Positions 29,110 to 39,655 of a stretch of DNA of 64,000 nt are shown here, piece by piece. The DNA is from Terriglobia bacterium (lineage in GTDB: Bacteria; Acidobacteriota; Terriglobia; 20CM-2-55-15). Within the stretch, counting starts at the first letter, position 1. Each line of letters opens with the position of its first letter. The position numbers were made by a program, and so were the translations under genes. The stretch covers positions 192,001 to 256,000 of the forward strand of contig CBDAOY010000005.1 of NCBI GenBank assembly GCA_965198225.1, read 5' to 3'. The notes under the pieces were generated by a model. It worked only from the letters and a program-made list of their open reading frames with translations. It had not been told where the DNA came from and made no database searches.

Positions 29110-31083
29110 TTACATCAGGGAGACGGGGTCGACGTCGATGATGACTTTCGTGGCGGAAGTTTTCTGTTCTTCGAGGTGAGTCCGAAGGCGGTCCAGGACG
29201 CCATGGAGGTCCGCACGGGATGCAGACTTGATCAGCAGCTGATGTCGGTAGGTTCGCTTGAGTTTTTCGAGTGGGGCGGCTGCAGGGCCGAGAATCCGGA
29301 TCGAACGTGTCCGAAGGCCGTCCAGGAAATCGTTGATCTCCTGAGCGAAACCCCTGGCCCTTTCGCGACTGCGATCCAGTACCATCACACTCGCCAGGGA
29401 CGTGAACGGAGGGTAGAACATCGCCTTCCGGAAATGTACCTCGCGGGCGTAGAACTCTTCAAATCGATGTGTGGCCGCGAGCTGGAAACTGTAGTGATCG
29501 GGGAAGTAGCTCTGGAGCACCACTTCGCCTGGAGAGTCACCGCGCCCGGACCGACCCGCGACTTGAGTCAGCAGTTGAAACGTTCGTTCGGCCGCCCGGA
29601 AATCCGGCAGCGACAGTGCCGCATCGGCCGCAATCACGCCCACCAACGTCACGCGTGGAAAATCGTGTCCCTTTGCAATCATCTGGGTTCCGACAAGGAT
29701 GTCCAGCTCCCCGGCCCGGAATTGCCCGAGCAGTCGATCGTAATCGCGAATGTGCCGCATCGTGTCACGATCGATCCGACCGATTCGGGCCCCACCCAGC
29801 GCTTCCCGAAGGCGTATCTCAACCTGCTCGGTGCCTTCCCCGATGTAGTGGATGTATTCGCTCGAACACTCGGGACAGGTGGCATCCGCTTTCCGTGTGA
29901 GGCCGCAGTAGTGGCACAGGAGGCGGTTGATCGACCGGTGGTATGTCATCGACACGCTGCAGGCGTTGCAGGTGAATGCGTAACCGCAGCGGCGACAGAG
30001 CAGAAACATCGAGTACCCACGCCGGTTCAGCAGGATCATCGACTGTTCTCCGCCCCCGAGTCGATCTTCGAGCGCATCCAGCAGGCGAGTGGAAAACAGG
30101 GCCTGCTTTCCCTGTCGCACGTATTCATCTCGCATGTTGACGATCTCGACTTCGGGCAGAGGCCGCTCCTCGACGCGGACAGGAAGCTGGACGTAGCTGT
30201 AGCGCCCGAGCTCGGCGTTGCGGAACGATTCCATCGACGGGGTCGCCGATCCCAGCACGACAAGGGCGCCGGCCATCTTCGCGCGCATGATGGCCGAATC
30301 TCGGGCGTGGTAGCGCGGCATTTCCTCCTGTTTGAAGCTGCCCTCGTGTTCTTCGTCCACGATGATCACCCCCACGTCCTCGAGGGGAGCAAACAGCGCC
30401 GACCGTGTTCCGATGACGATCGGGGCGTTGCCCGTGTAGATCCGGAGCCACTCTTCGATACGCTGTTTCCGGGACAGCGAGCTGTGCAGGAGGGCCAGAC
30501 GGGAGCCGAACCGGTGCTCGAACCGTTCACGCAGCTGCGGCGTCAGTCCGATTTCAGGAACAAGGACCAGAGCCGTCTTCCCCAGTCGGAGGAAGTGTTC
30601 GACGGCGCGAAGGTAAACCTCGGTCTTGCCGCTCCCTGTGACGCCATGAAGCAACATACTGTTGAACCGATCGTTCCCGATGATCGTCTCTAACGCCCGA
30701 CGCTGATCGTCGGTGAGCTCGACTCCGTGTCGGACGGTGAGCGGCCCCGGCTTGCGGGTCTCGAACCGATCGACGTGTCTGCGGGTGATCGCAGGCGGCA
30801 GTGCGCCCTTCAGGACTTCCCCGAGCGGCGCCATGTAGTAGTCGGAAACCCATCGGCAGAGCTCGAAGATGTCAGGACGGATGAGCGGGTTCCGATCGAG
30901 AACCTCGCTGACGGGCCGGACATCGAGATTCTCCGGCCTCTCGTCACGCAGCGCGACCACGAAACCCTGGACCTCACGCCGGCGAAACGGCACGCTTACC
31001 CTGGCGGGTAGTTCGAGTGAATCCGGAATCTCGTAGATGAACGTACGGAACAAAGGAAGGCAGAGCGCAACCTCGGCGTACAT
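29110..31083 (-). CDS. priA: Primosomal protein N'
   Basis: LHGVTGSGKTEVY, DEEHE, Cys-rich zinc region, GTQMIAKGHDFP and QVAGRSGR. Confidence 0.97.
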   Translation of the reverse strand: MYAEVALCLPLFRTFIYEIPDSLELPARVSVPFRRREVQGFVVALRDERPENLDVRPVSEVLDRNPLIRPDIFELCRWVSDYYMAPLGEVLKGALPPAITRRHVDRFETRKPGPLTVRHGVELTDDQRRALETIIGNDRFNSMLLHGVTGSGKTEVYLRAVEHFLRLGKTALVLVPEIGLTPQLRERFEHRFGSRLALLHSSLSRKQRIEEWLRIYTGNAPIVIGTRSALFAPLEDVGVIIVDEEHEGSFKQEEMPRYHARDSAIMRAKMAGALVVLGSATPSMESFRNAELGRYSYVQLPVRVEERPLPEVEIVNMRDEYVRQGKQALFSTRLLDALEDRLGGGEQSMILLNRRGYSMFLLCRRCGYAFTCNACSVSMTYHRSINRLLCHYCGLTRKADATCPECSSEYIHYIGEGTEQVEIRLREALGGARIGRIDRDTMRHIRDYDRLLGQFRAGELDILVGTQMIAKGHDFPRVTLVGVIAADAALSLPDFRAAERTFQLLTQVAGRSGRGDSPGEVVLQSYFPDHYSFQLAATHRFEEFYAREVHFRKAMFYPPFTSLASVMVLDRSRERARGFAQEINDFLDGLRTRSIRILGPAAAPLEKLKRTYRHQLLIKSASRADLHGVLDRLRTHLEEQKTSATKVIIDVDPVSLM

Positions 31084-31094
31084 CACGCTCCGAC

Positions 31095-31754
31095 TCAGTG
31101 TCCGGCGAGCTCAGCGCGAATCTGCTTCATGTCTTCCCAGACTTCCCGTTTCTTCTCAGGGTTGCGCAGGAGATACGCCGGATGGAAAGTTGCGATGAAA
31201 CGCACCCCGTCGATGTTGTGGAAACGACCTCGCAGCCTGGAGATCGGAATCTTCATCCCCAGCATCGTCTGTGCCGCGAACGTCCCCATGCAACAGACGA
31301 TTTCGGGTTGAATGGCGTCCAATTGCTGCTTCAGAAACGGACTGCAGGTCTCGACTTCGACCGCTTCCGGGTTCCGGTTTCCCGGTGGACGACATTTCAA
31401 GACATTGCAGATGTAGACATCTTCCCGTCTGAAACCGATGGATTCGATGATCTTCGTCAGCAGGCCTCCGGCTCGCCCGACGAAAGGCAATCCCTGTCGG
31501 TCTTCCTCCGCGCCGGGTGCTTCGCCGACGAACATCAACCGCGCCGTCGAGCTTCCGGAACCGAACACGATGTTTGTGCGCGTTGGCGCGAGCCCACAGC
31601 GCTGGCAGTCTCCCAGCTCGTGACGGATGTCTTCCAGGGTCAAGGCTTCCGACCGGCTGTTCTCATCCTTCAGGTCCGCGCCGCCCAGATCGACGGACTC
31701 GATACCGATGTCGCGAAAGAACGCTAATTGGTCGGAAATGTCGGTTCTGTTCAT
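31095..31754 (-). CDS. Uracil-DNA glycosylase family 4
   Basis: CQRC, FVGEAPG, PFVGRAG, KCRPPGNR and TFHPAYLLR. Confidence 0.95.
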   Translation of the reverse strand: MNRTDISDQLAFFRDIGIESVDLGGADLKDENSRSEALTLEDIRHELGDCQRCGLAPTRTNIVFGSGSSTARLMFVGEAPGAEEDRQGLPFVGRAGGLLTKIIESIGFRREDVYICNVLKCRPPGNRNPEAVEVETCSPFLKQQLDAIQPEIVCCMGTFAAQTMLGMKIPISRLRGRFHNIDGVRFIATFHPAYLLRNPEKKREVWEDMKQIRAELAGH

Positions 31755-31767
31755 GACGTGGTGAGTA

Positions 31768-31886
31768 AGCCACGATTACGCAGAATACATAGCCACGGAT
31801 TACACAGATTTCTCGGATAGGAACAACTTGTCCTCTGCCCTCCGAAAGACCACTCCTAATCCGCTAAATCCGTGCAATCCGTGGCT
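31768..31886. repeat. Inverted pair of cacggatt-periodic repeats
   Basis: agccacggattacacagatt ... aatccgctaaatccgtgcaatccgtggct; the family recurs at ~35130-35235 and 53671-53767. Confidence 0.7.
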
Positions 31887-32015
31887 GGTTTTTTCGGCGC
31901 CAGCAGCATTCATTTGAGACAACGTTTAACGGCGGCAACGGCCTACCCATAACGGCCTACGTGTCCTCGAGCGACGAAATCTGCGCTGAGCCACTCTGGC
32001 GGGGACCGAGGCCCC

Positions 32016-33230
32016 TTACAGGAGCGCAACAACGCGGTCCAGGATCCGGTCCGCCATCTCCAGCTTCGACATCCGTGGCAGCTCTTCCCGGCCTCCATCG
32101 GCATCGACGATACTGGCTTGATTACTATCACTGGCGAAAGCCGAATCGGGTCCCGATACTGAGTTCACGACAATCAGATCGAGGTTCTTCGACTTCAGCT
32201 TATCCAAGCCGAATTCGAGGTGGCGCTCGGTTTCGGCGGCGAATCCGACCAGAACCTTGCCGTTCTTTTGCTTTCCGAGCTCGGTCAGGATGTCCGGTGT
32301 CGGCTCGAAGACCACGTCGAGGCCGACGTCTTTCTTGATCTTCTGAGAAGCGACACTCTGAGGGCGGAAGTCCAACGGGGCTGCCGCCTTGACGACAACA
32401 TCGGCGGTGTCAAAGTGCTCGACGACTGCATCGCGCATCTCCTGGGTCGTTCGAACCCTGATGGTTCCGGGAAAGTCGAGATCGGTCGGTCCCGATACGA
32501 GGGTCACGGCGCCTCCACGGGCACGTGCCGCTTCGGCGATCGCAAACCCCATCCTGCCCGAGGAACGATTGCTGATGAAGCGAACCGGATCGATGTCCTC
32601 AACAGTCGGGCCGGCTGTTACCAGTACTTTCCTGCCGGCAAGGTCGGGGGAGTGCGACAGCAATGTCGTCACGTAATCGACGATCCGGCTCACTTCCGCC
32701 AGCCGACCCGGCCCTGAGGTGTGGCACGCCATCTGCCCGACGTCCGGATCGACGAAGCGAACGCCTCGACTGCGGAGTGTCGCGATGTTGTCCTGAACCG
32801 AGGGGTGCTCCCACATGCGTGTGTTCATCGCGGGTGCAATGACGACGGGAGCCGTGACGGCAAGGTGGAAGGTGGTGAGGAAGTCGTCCGCGACACCAGC
32901 GGCCATACGTGCGATACAGTTGGCCGTCCCAGGCGCCACCAGGAAGAGGTCGATCGATTGTGCGAGAAAGATGTGATCGAAAGGATCCGGCAAGCCGGTT
33001 TCGGACCGGGAGCCGTCGAATAGATCGAAGTATACCCGGTCGCCGGAGAGAGCTTCGAACGTCAGCGGGGTCACGAATCGGGCAGCGTTTCGAGTCATGA
33101 TCACGACAACGTCAAGACCTTCATCCTGAAGCCGTCTGAGGATTTCGGCAGCCTTATAGCAGGCGATTCCGCCGCTTACGCCCAGCGCAATCCTTCCCCT
33201 CTTCGCCCTCGATGACGTCGCCGCGCTCAA
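32016..33230 (-). CDS. coaBC: Bifunctional phosphopantothenoylcysteine decarboxylase/synthetase
   Basis: [46 protein letters not shown] and VGFAAET; TTG start with GGGAG RBS. Confidence 0.95.
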   Translation of the reverse strand: MSAATSSRAKRGRIALGVSGGIACYKAAEILRRLQDEGLDVVVIMTRNAARFVTPLTFEALSGDRVYFDLFDGSRSETGLPDPFDHIFLAQSIDLFLVAPGTANCIARMAAGVADDFLTTFHLAVTAPVVIAPAMNTRMWEHPSVQDNIATLRSRGVRFVDPDVGQMACHTSGPGRLAEVSRIVDYVTTLLSHSPDLAGRKVLVTAGPTVEDIDPVRFISNRSSGRMGFAIAEAARARGGAVTLVSGPTDLDFPGTIRVRTTQEMRDAVVEHFDTADVVVKAAAPLDFRPQSVASQKIKKDVGLDVVFEPTPDILTELGKQKNGKVLVGFAAETERHLEFGLDKLKSKNLDLIVVNSVSGPDSAFASDSNQASIVDADGGREELPRMSKLEMADRILDRVVALL

Positions 33231-33279
33231 TTTGTTCTCCCGCTGCGAACCGCCGCGACCGGACTTCGGTCGCCCGTGG

Positions 33280-33483
33280 TCATTTTTTCTGCAGTAAAAC
33301 CTCTGTCTCGGGAATCGTGAACTGCACCAGTCCCTCGAGCAGTTCCCGTTTGGCGATCTGCGTTGGTTTCTGTGCCATATCGCCGACCCTCGGTGCGCCC
33401 CCGCCCTGGATTTGTCGAGCTCGAAGCGCTGAAACGATGACAAAACGGTATTTACTGTCGACATTGTCAGGTATCTTGATCAA
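33280..33483 (-). CDS. rpoZ: RNA polymerase omega subunit
   Basis: DSKYRFVIVSALRARQIQGG; lies between gmk and coaBC. Confidence 0.9.
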   Translation of the reverse strand: MIKIPDNVDSKYRFVIVSALRARQIQGGGAPRVGDMAQKPTQIAKRELLEGLVQFTIPETEVLLQKK

Positions 33484-34097
33484 TCTAAGCCTCCAAAAGT
33501 CGCGATGATTTGATGAATACGGTCGGCTTCGCCCGGCGGCGGAGCGGCGCCTGCACGCACGATGGCATCCAGCTGCGGTATCGCTTCATCCAGCTTGTCG
33601 TTGACGACGACATGGTCGTAGTCGCGGTAACACGATATTTCACTCTTCGCGATCGCGAGCCGTTTTCGGATCGTCTCTTCATCCTCGAGCCGGCGGGAAC
33701 GGAGCCGGCGTTCCAGTTCGTCGAAGGACGGCGGCATCAGGAAAACCGTCACCGCACCCGACATCGCCGACTTCACCTGCCGGGCACCCTGGACGTCGAT
33801 GTCCAGGATTACGTTCCTGCCTGCTGCGAGGTTGTCCTCCACAAACTTCCGCGAAGTTCCGTACAGGTTCCCGTGATACTCCGCCCACTCCAGAAAGTCT
33901 CCGCCTTCGACCATCGCCTTGAACTCCGCCCTGTCGACGAAGAAATAATCGACGTGGTTGGCTTCGCCCGCACGCGGGGACCGCGTCGTGTAGGAGACCG
34001 AGAACGTCAGATCTTCGAAGTTTCGTATGAGGTGCTGGACTAAAGTGGTCTTCCCGGAGCCAGAAGGAGCCGAAACAATGTACAAGTTTCCGCGCAA
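33480..34097 (-). CDS. gmk: Guanylate kinase
   Basis: SAPSGSGKTT, SYTTRSPR.GE, YGT and LDIDVQGA. Confidence 0.96.
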   Translation of the reverse strand: MRGNLYIVSAPSGSGKTTLVQHLIRNFEDLTFSVSYTTRSPRAGEANHVDYFFVDRAEFKAMVEGGDFLEWAEYHGNLYGTSRKFVEDNLAAGRNVILDIDVQGARQVKSAMSGAVTVFLMPPSFDELERRLRSRRLEDEETIRKRLAIAKSEISCYRDYDHVVVNDKLDEAIPQLDAIVRAGAAPPPGEADRIHQIIATFGGLD

Positions 34098-34189
34098 TCC
34101 TTCATTATAGCGTAAGACGTGGGGCCAGTCGTCAGTTGTCAGTTACATCGCCCTACCGCGACTGACTACCGACTACTACCTACTGACTA

Positions 34190-35089
34190 CTATTCGATAT
34201 TCTGCACCTGCTCCCGGAGCTTGTCGATTTCCACTTTTATTTCGATCGCCGCCTCCCCGATCCGGATCCCTGCATGATTCAGCCCCGAAGTCTTGGACAG
34301 TATCGTCGTCACTTCGCGGTTCATCTCCTGTAGCAGGAAATCCATCCGCTTGCCCGTCTCTTCGTCGCGTGTCTTCAAGTCTCCGAACTGTTTCAGGTGG
34401 CTCTCCAGACGGGTCGTTTCCTCGGCGATATCGCTCTTCTCGGCGTAGAACAGCGCTTCGACCTCGAGCCGGTTGCTGTCGACCTTCAGGTCCGGGGCGA
34501 GTTCCGCCGCCCGGGTCAGGAGCGATTCCCTGTGATGCTGCAACAGGGCATCGGCCCCATTTTCGATTGTTTCCAGATTCGTGCGGATCTTTCCGATCCT
34601 GTTATCCAGATCCCGGAGGAGTGACGCACCTTCCTTCATCCGCATCTCTTTGACTTGCTGCAACGCAGCCAGCGTGGCCTCCTCAAGGTGACCCGAAACC
34701 TTGCTCATCTCCTCTGCCGTCAAGTTCTCATTCGACACGGTGATCGCCCCAGGCAGTTTTGAGATCGATTCCAGCGTCAACCCGCCTTCGATCGGATGCT
34801 TCGCCCGCAGTTCGTCCATCAGCTCGACGTAGGAAGAAATCAGGGCCGGGTTGGTTTCCATTCGGATCTTCTCGCGCGTCAGTCCGATCTTGACGAACAG
34901 GTCCACACGACCCCGCCGCAGGGTGTCGGACACTGCTTTTCGAACGACTCCCTCCAAACTCTGAAACTCAGACGGGAGCCGCACGTGGACATCCAGGTAA
35001 CGGTGGTTGACTGTCTTGGCTTCCACCGAAACGGCCAGGTTCGGCGCTTCGATTCGCCCTGAGCCAAAGCCGGTCATGCTGTATATCAT
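34190..35089 (-). CDS. yicC: YicC/YloC family endoribonuclease
   Basis: MIYSMTGFG, VNHRYLD, GKRMDFLLQEMNRE and LREQVQNIE. Confidence 0.95.
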   Translation of the reverse strand: MIYSMTGFGSGRIEAPNLAVSVEAKTVNHRYLDVHVRLPSEFQSLEGVVRKAVSDTLRRGRVDLFVKIGLTREKIRMETNPALISSYVELMDELRAKHPIEGGLTLESISKLPGAITVSNENLTAEEMSKVSGHLEEATLAALQQVKEMRMKEGASLLRDLDNRIGKIRTNLETIENGADALLQHHRESLLTRAAELAPDLKVDSNRLEVEALFYAEKSDIAEETTRLESHLKQFGDLKTRDEETGKRMDFLLQEMNREVTTILSKTSGLNHAGIRIGEAAIEIKVEIDKLREQVQNIE

Positions 35090-35243
35090 ATCGATTTCAC
35101 CCGTTATCTACGGATTACGGAAAAGAACTGCCACGGATTACACAGATTACACGGAGAAAGAAGAATACTTGGGTACTATCGGAAAGATCACCCCAAATCC
35201 GCTAATCCGTGGCTGAACCTCCCCGTGCAATCCGAGGATCGTC

Positions 35244-37049
35244 TTACCCCCGCTCTTCCAGCGTCTTGGTCACGTCCTGAAACTGGAGGTTGTGGAGCTT
35301 CCAGTAGAGTCCACGGCGGAGGATGAGCTCTTCGTGAGTGCCATCCTCGACGATACGTCCGTCCGAAAGCGCGAGGATACGGTCGGCTCGACGGACCGTG
35401 GACAGCCGGTGTGCGATGACGATGGTCGTGCGGCCCGCCATCAAGTTCTCGAGAGCCTGCTGGACCAGAGACTCCGACTCCGTATCCAGGGAGGAAGTCG
35501 CTTCGTCCAGGATCAGGATCGGAGCATTCTTCAGGAGGGCCCGGGCGATGGAGATTCGCTGGCGCTCCCCGCCCGAGAGTCGCAATCCACGCTCTCCGAT
35601 CACGGTCTCGTAACCTTCTGGCAGGCTGCAAACAAAATCGTCGACCAGGGCAGCGCGAGCAGCGGCGTGGACAGCGCGGTCATCAGCATCGGGATTCCCA
35701 TATGCGATGTTGGTTCGAATCGTGTCGTTGAAAAGGATCACGTCCTGCGTGACCATCGCGATGCTGAGCCGAAGAGACCGCAGCTTGAAGTCACGGATGT
35801 CGATTCCGTCGATCTCCACACGGCCTCCTGTCACGTCGTAGAAACGTGGGAGCAGGTTGACGAGGGTCGTCTTTCCCACACCGCTGGAACCGACCAGAGC
35901 CAGCACTTCCCCCCGCGGCAGCGAAAACGAAATGCCGTCCAGTGTCGGGTCGACCCCGTCGTAAGAAAAACGCACGTTCATGAAGTCGATGCTCTGCCGA
36001 AACTGATCGAGGTCCACCGAGCCGGGGTCCGACTCCCGCTCCGATGCCATGATCTTGAACAGTTGGCCTGAAGCGCCAATCGCCTGCTGGAAGGAGTTGT
36101 TGATCCCGCTCATTCGGCGGATCGGGTCATACAGTTTGATGAGGGCAATGACAAAAGCCGCGAACAACCCGACGGTCATTCGGCCAGCCTGGATCTCGTT
36201 ACGTGCGTACACGAGAAGCGCGACAACCACGAAGATTCCGAGGATCTCCATCAGGGGAGAAGACAGGGCATGGGTCATTCTCTGGCGCAGGTTCAGCCGG
36301 AATATTCGGTCGGCGACGGATCGGAACTTGCCCAACTCCGTCCCTTCCATCGTGAAGATCTTGACGATACGGTTGCCCGAGAGGGTCTCGAAGAGGATGT
36401 TCGCCATACCGGCCATTTCCTCCTGGTTCGAACGACTCAGATTCCGGAGCCGACGTCCAAACCAGAGCGTGGGATAGAAGACCAGGGGCACAAGCGCGAG
36501 AGACATGATTGCCAGCTTCCAGTCGATCACGAACACGGCAAGCAGCAGGGCCAAGAGGATCGCGCTCTGTTTGAGAAACTCCGCCAGCGTCTCGGAAACC
36601 GCAATCTGGACCTTTTCGACATCGGCGGACACCCGTGAGATCAACCCGCCTGTGGGATGGTTCGTGAAGAACCCGAGAGGTTGAAAGACGATCGATCGAT
36701 ACAGGTCGACCCTCAAGTCGCGTACGACTGACTGGCCCAGGAAGGCCGTCGAAGCAATCCCCCCGTACTCGGCCGTGGCCTTCAAGATCGTCGACACGAC
36801 GAGCGCTACCAGAATCCACACGCCATATTCCGCCGGGACATCGAGAGTGATGTCGTCAAAGAAGGGGATGTCCAGCGTCGGCGCGGCAGACTGCTCCAGC
36901 ACGGTATCGAAGACGAGCCCGATCAGGAACGGGGAGATCGCTTCGAGGACGCCCACGACGATGGCGAGCAGCAGAGACAGAACCAGCGCCCAGGTGTAGG
37001 GGCGGATGTAACCCCGGAACCGGTCCGCATTGGACTCAGGTTCCTTCAC
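35244..37049 (-). CDS. MsbA-like ABC exporter (TMD plus NBD)
   Basis: Six-TM domain, GSSGVGKTT, LSGGERQR, ILDEATSSLD and IAHRLST. Confidence 0.9.
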   Translation of the reverse strand: MKEPESNADRFRGYIRPYTWALVLSLLLAIVVGVLEAISPFLIGLVFDTVLEQSAAPTLDIPFFDDITLDVPAEYGVWILVALVVSTILKATAEYGGIASTAFLGQSVVRDLRVDLYRSIVFQPLGFFTNHPTGGLISRVSADVEKVQIAVSETLAEFLKQSAILLALLLAVFVIDWKLAIMSLALVPLVFYPTLWFGRRLRNLSRSNQEEMAGMANILFETLSGNRIVKIFTMEGTELGKFRSVADRIFRLNLRQRMTHALSSPLMEILGIFVVVALLVYARNEIQAGRMTVGLFAAFVIALIKLYDPIRRMSGINNSFQQAIGASGQLFKIMASERESDPGSVDLDQFRQSIDFMNVRFSYDGVDPTLDGISFSLPRGEVLALVGSSGVGKTTLVNLLPRFYDVTGGRVEIDGIDIRDFKLRSLRLSIAMVTQDVILFNDTIRTNIAYGNPDADDRAVHAAARAALVDDFVCSLPEGYETVIGERGLRLSGGERQRISIARALLKNAPILILDEATSSLDTESESLVQQALENLMAGRTTIVIAHRLSTVRRADRILALSDGRIVEDGTHEELILRRGLYWKLHNLQFQDVTKTLEERG

Positions 37050-38767
37050 TGGTCTGCCAGTACCGAACGGACGTGCTGTTCGATCTTGGTGTAGCTCCTC
37101 ATCTTCATCAGATCTTCGGTCATCTCCCGCAATTCGGCGATCGACACGGAGCGAATCATCCTCTTGATCCTCGAGTACGCTCCGAGGTTCACCGACAGTG
37201 CTGTAAACCCCAGCCCGAGCAGCACAGCGGCCGACATCGGGTCGGCTGCCAGCTCGCCGCAGACCACAATGGGTTTACCCGTCGGTGCAACCAGCTCCTG
37301 GACTAGCCGGAGAAGACGGAGCACCGCCGGTTGGTACGGACTATAGAGCTGAAAACCGGAACGATCCGTGCGGTCGATGGCGAGACAGTACTGGATCAGG
37401 TCGTTCGTACCCAGACAGAAGAAATCCACCTGAGATGCCATCAGGTCGCAGGTATGCGCGGCGGCCGGAGTCTCGATCATGACGCCGACGGGCACGGTCT
37501 CGTCAAACGGGACCCCTCCTCGTGTCAATCGGCGGCGAACGTCGGCGATGATGTCCATTCCCGCGCTCAGTTCATCCAGCGTGGACACGAATGGAAGCAC
37601 GATCCGGGCCTGGCCGCGCGGGGAGGCGCGGTAAATCGCCCGCAGCTGAGTGCGGAAGACGTCCCGGTTTTCCAGGCAGAAACGCAGCCCACGGAGTCCG
37701 CTGTCGGGGCTCATTCCGTCGCCCCTGCCGTCCCGGAGTCCGACGTCGATCGTCCGGAAGTTGATCGGCAGGGCCTGTGCTTTCGAGAGCAGGTAAGAAT
37801 AGTCCTCGACGAGCCGGTCCTCTTCCGGCTCCTTCGCATCCCGAAAGAACTCGAACTCGGTCCGGTAGAGCCCGATCGCCTCACAGTCCTTGGCCACAAC
37901 CGTCTTTATCTCTTCCTTGAAGTTGATATTCGCGCCCAGCAGGACGGAAATGCGATCCTTGGTCACACATGGTGCGTGGATGGCGCGTGCGAGCCGGCGC
38001 TGCGACTTCTTGACTTCCTGTTCCCGTCTTCGATAGCGCTCGAGTGTTTCGTCGGATGGGGCGCGGATGACAACCCCTTCGTCACCATCGACGATGATCA
38101 GTTCGCCGGAGATCAACCCCGGCAGCACATCGGCGACGCCCATCACAGCTGGCACTCCGATCGAACGCGCCATGATGGCCGTGTGTGACAGGGGGCTGCC
38201 CGTCTCCGTCACAAGGCCGACGAGACGGGACGACTTCAGTTCGATCAGCGTCGAAGGGGGGGTCGTCTTCCCGACGAGGATGGAGTGGTATCGGAGCGAC
38301 CGGAAAGTCGGAGGCTGGTAGGAACGCAGGTTGACCAGCAACCGCCGAACGATGTCTTCCAGGTCTCCGCGACGCTCGCGCAGGTATTCATCGTGGACAC
38401 GATCGTAGGCCTCGAGAATCGTCCCGCTGACACTCTGGATCGCCCATTCGGCGTTGATCTGCTCCTTCTCGATCTTCTTGACGATCCGGTCGATGAAGAT
38501 CCGGTCCTCCAGAATCATCAGGTGAGCATCGATCAGGGTCGTCGAGTCCCCGCCTCGCGAACGCTCCAGCCGCGTCTGCATCTTCTGCAGTTGGGCCCTG
38601 GACTTCTCCACGGAGCGGAGGAAGCTCTGGATCTGACGGGGAACCTGCTCGGGCTTCAGCGAATAGTTGAGCGTCACCAATTCGGGATCCCACGCCGTGA
38701 CGGCGTGACCGAACGCGATGCCCGGAGACGCTGCTACCCCTTTCAGTTTGCGCTCGACTATGCTCAT
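37046..38767 (-). CDS. ptsI: PTS enzyme I (PEP-protein phosphotransferase)
   Basis: GVAASPGIA, SHTAIMARS phospho-His, IGLYRTEF, GTNDLIQY and VCGELAAD. Confidence 0.94.
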   Translation of the reverse strand: MSIVERKLKGVAASPGIAFGHAVTAWDPELVTLNYSLKPEQVPRQIQSFLRSVEKSRAQLQKMQTRLERSRGGDSTTLIDAHLMILEDRIFIDRIVKKIEKEQINAEWAIQSVSGTILEAYDRVHDEYLRERRGDLEDIVRRLLVNLRSYQPPTFRSLRYHSILVGKTTPPSTLIELKSSRLVGLVTETGSPLSHTAIMARSIGVPAVMGVADVLPGLISGELIIVDGDEGVVIRAPSDETLERYRRREQEVKKSQRRLARAIHAPCVTKDRISVLLGANINFKEEIKTVVAKDCEAIGLYRTEFEFFRDAKEPEEDRLVEDYSYLLSKAQALPINFRTIDVGLRDGRGDGMSPDSGLRGLRFCLENRDVFRTQLRAIYRASPRGQARIVLPFVSTLDELSAGMDIIADVRRRLTRGGVPFDETVPVGVMIETPAAAHTCDLMASQVDFFCLGTNDLIQYCLAIDRTDRSGFQLYSPYQPAVLRLLRLVQELVAPTGKPIVVCGELAADPMSAAVLLGLGFTALSVNLGAYSRIKRMIRSVSIAELREMTEDLMKMRSYTKIEQHVRSVLADQ

Positions 38768-38810
38768 TGAACTCGAAGTCGCCGCGACGAGAAGCCCTCA
38801 GGTGACGGGT

Positions 38811-39077
38811 TCACCGGCTCGCCAGGTACTGACACACGGCGTCCACGGCCTCCTCTTCATCGTCTCCCTCGGCACGAACCTGAACCCGGGTTCCCTGGCC
38901 CGCAGCCAGTAGAAGAATGCCCAGTATGCTTCGGGCGTCGGCTTCTACGTCGCTGCCAGCGTCTGCCCTGGACAGGCTGATCTCCGAGGAGAAGCTCTCG
39001 CTCAGCCGCACAAGTCGCGCAGAGGCCCGCGCATGCAGGCCCAGGCGGTGCCCGATAACGACTTCTCTTGATGTCAT
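38811..39077 (-). CDS. ptsH: Phosphocarrier protein HPr
   Basis: GLHARAS (His15) and DARSILG (Ser46 site). Confidence 0.93.
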   Translation of the reverse strand: MTSREVVIGHRLGLHARASARLVRLSESFSSEISLSRADAGSDVEADARSILGILLLAAGQGTRVQVRAEGDDEEEAVDAVCQYLASR

Positions 39078-39478
39078 GATTTGGGCGAGAGCAAATCGCT
39101 GGCGATGTGGATATTGTCCTGGCCGGTCTCTCGTACCAGTTTCGCTGCCGTCGCCAAGTCGTCTTCGGGGCCGAGTTGAGTCAGCTTGATCAGCATCGGC
39201 AGGTTGACACCGGTGACGATTTCGATGGCCCCCTGGTCGAGGAAGGTCGAGGCGATATTGGTCGGCGTTCCCCCAAACATGTCGGTCAGAATCAAGACGC
39301 CGGAACTCGAGTCCACGCGTTTGATCGCCTTCTCGACCATATCGGAAGCCATGTCCACGTCGTCGTGCCAACCGATCGATACCGCCGCGATGTTCTGGAT
39401 GTCGCCGACAATGGCCTCGGCGGCGTTCAACAGCTCCACCGCAAGCCTGCCGTGAGTCACTATGAGACCGCCAATCAT
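39074..39478 (-). CDS. PTS EIIA (mannose-type)
   Basis: MIGGLIVTHG, ILTDMFGGTPTN and VTGVNLPML. Confidence 0.93.
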   Translation of the reverse strand: MIGGLIVTHGRLAVELLNAAEAIVGDIQNIAAVSIGWHDDVDMASDMVEKAIKRVDSSSGVLILTDMFGGTPTNIASTFLDQGAIEIVTGVNLPMLIKLTQLGPEDDLATAAKLVRETGQDNIHIASDLLSPKS

Positions 39479-39655
39479 GCTCGCTCCCTGTCGCAGAATT
39501 TTATCACGCAGGCTGTTGGGACGTAGACCGTAGGCCGTACCCGGTGTCCAACTGATTGCTGACAACCCACTACTTCTATATGCCGGTCACAGGCGAATCC
39601 AACGTCCGTGTCGCGCGAAGCGCGACTAACGTTCAGCGGCCTACGGCCTACGTCT

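Noticed and set aside
33227-33300. rpoZ frameshift: one extra base in the A6 or T4 run would extend the ORF to overlap the coaBC TTG (TTGA)
   Set aside because: The 67-aa product already contains the omega core and the tail is non-conserved; this cannot be supported without reads.
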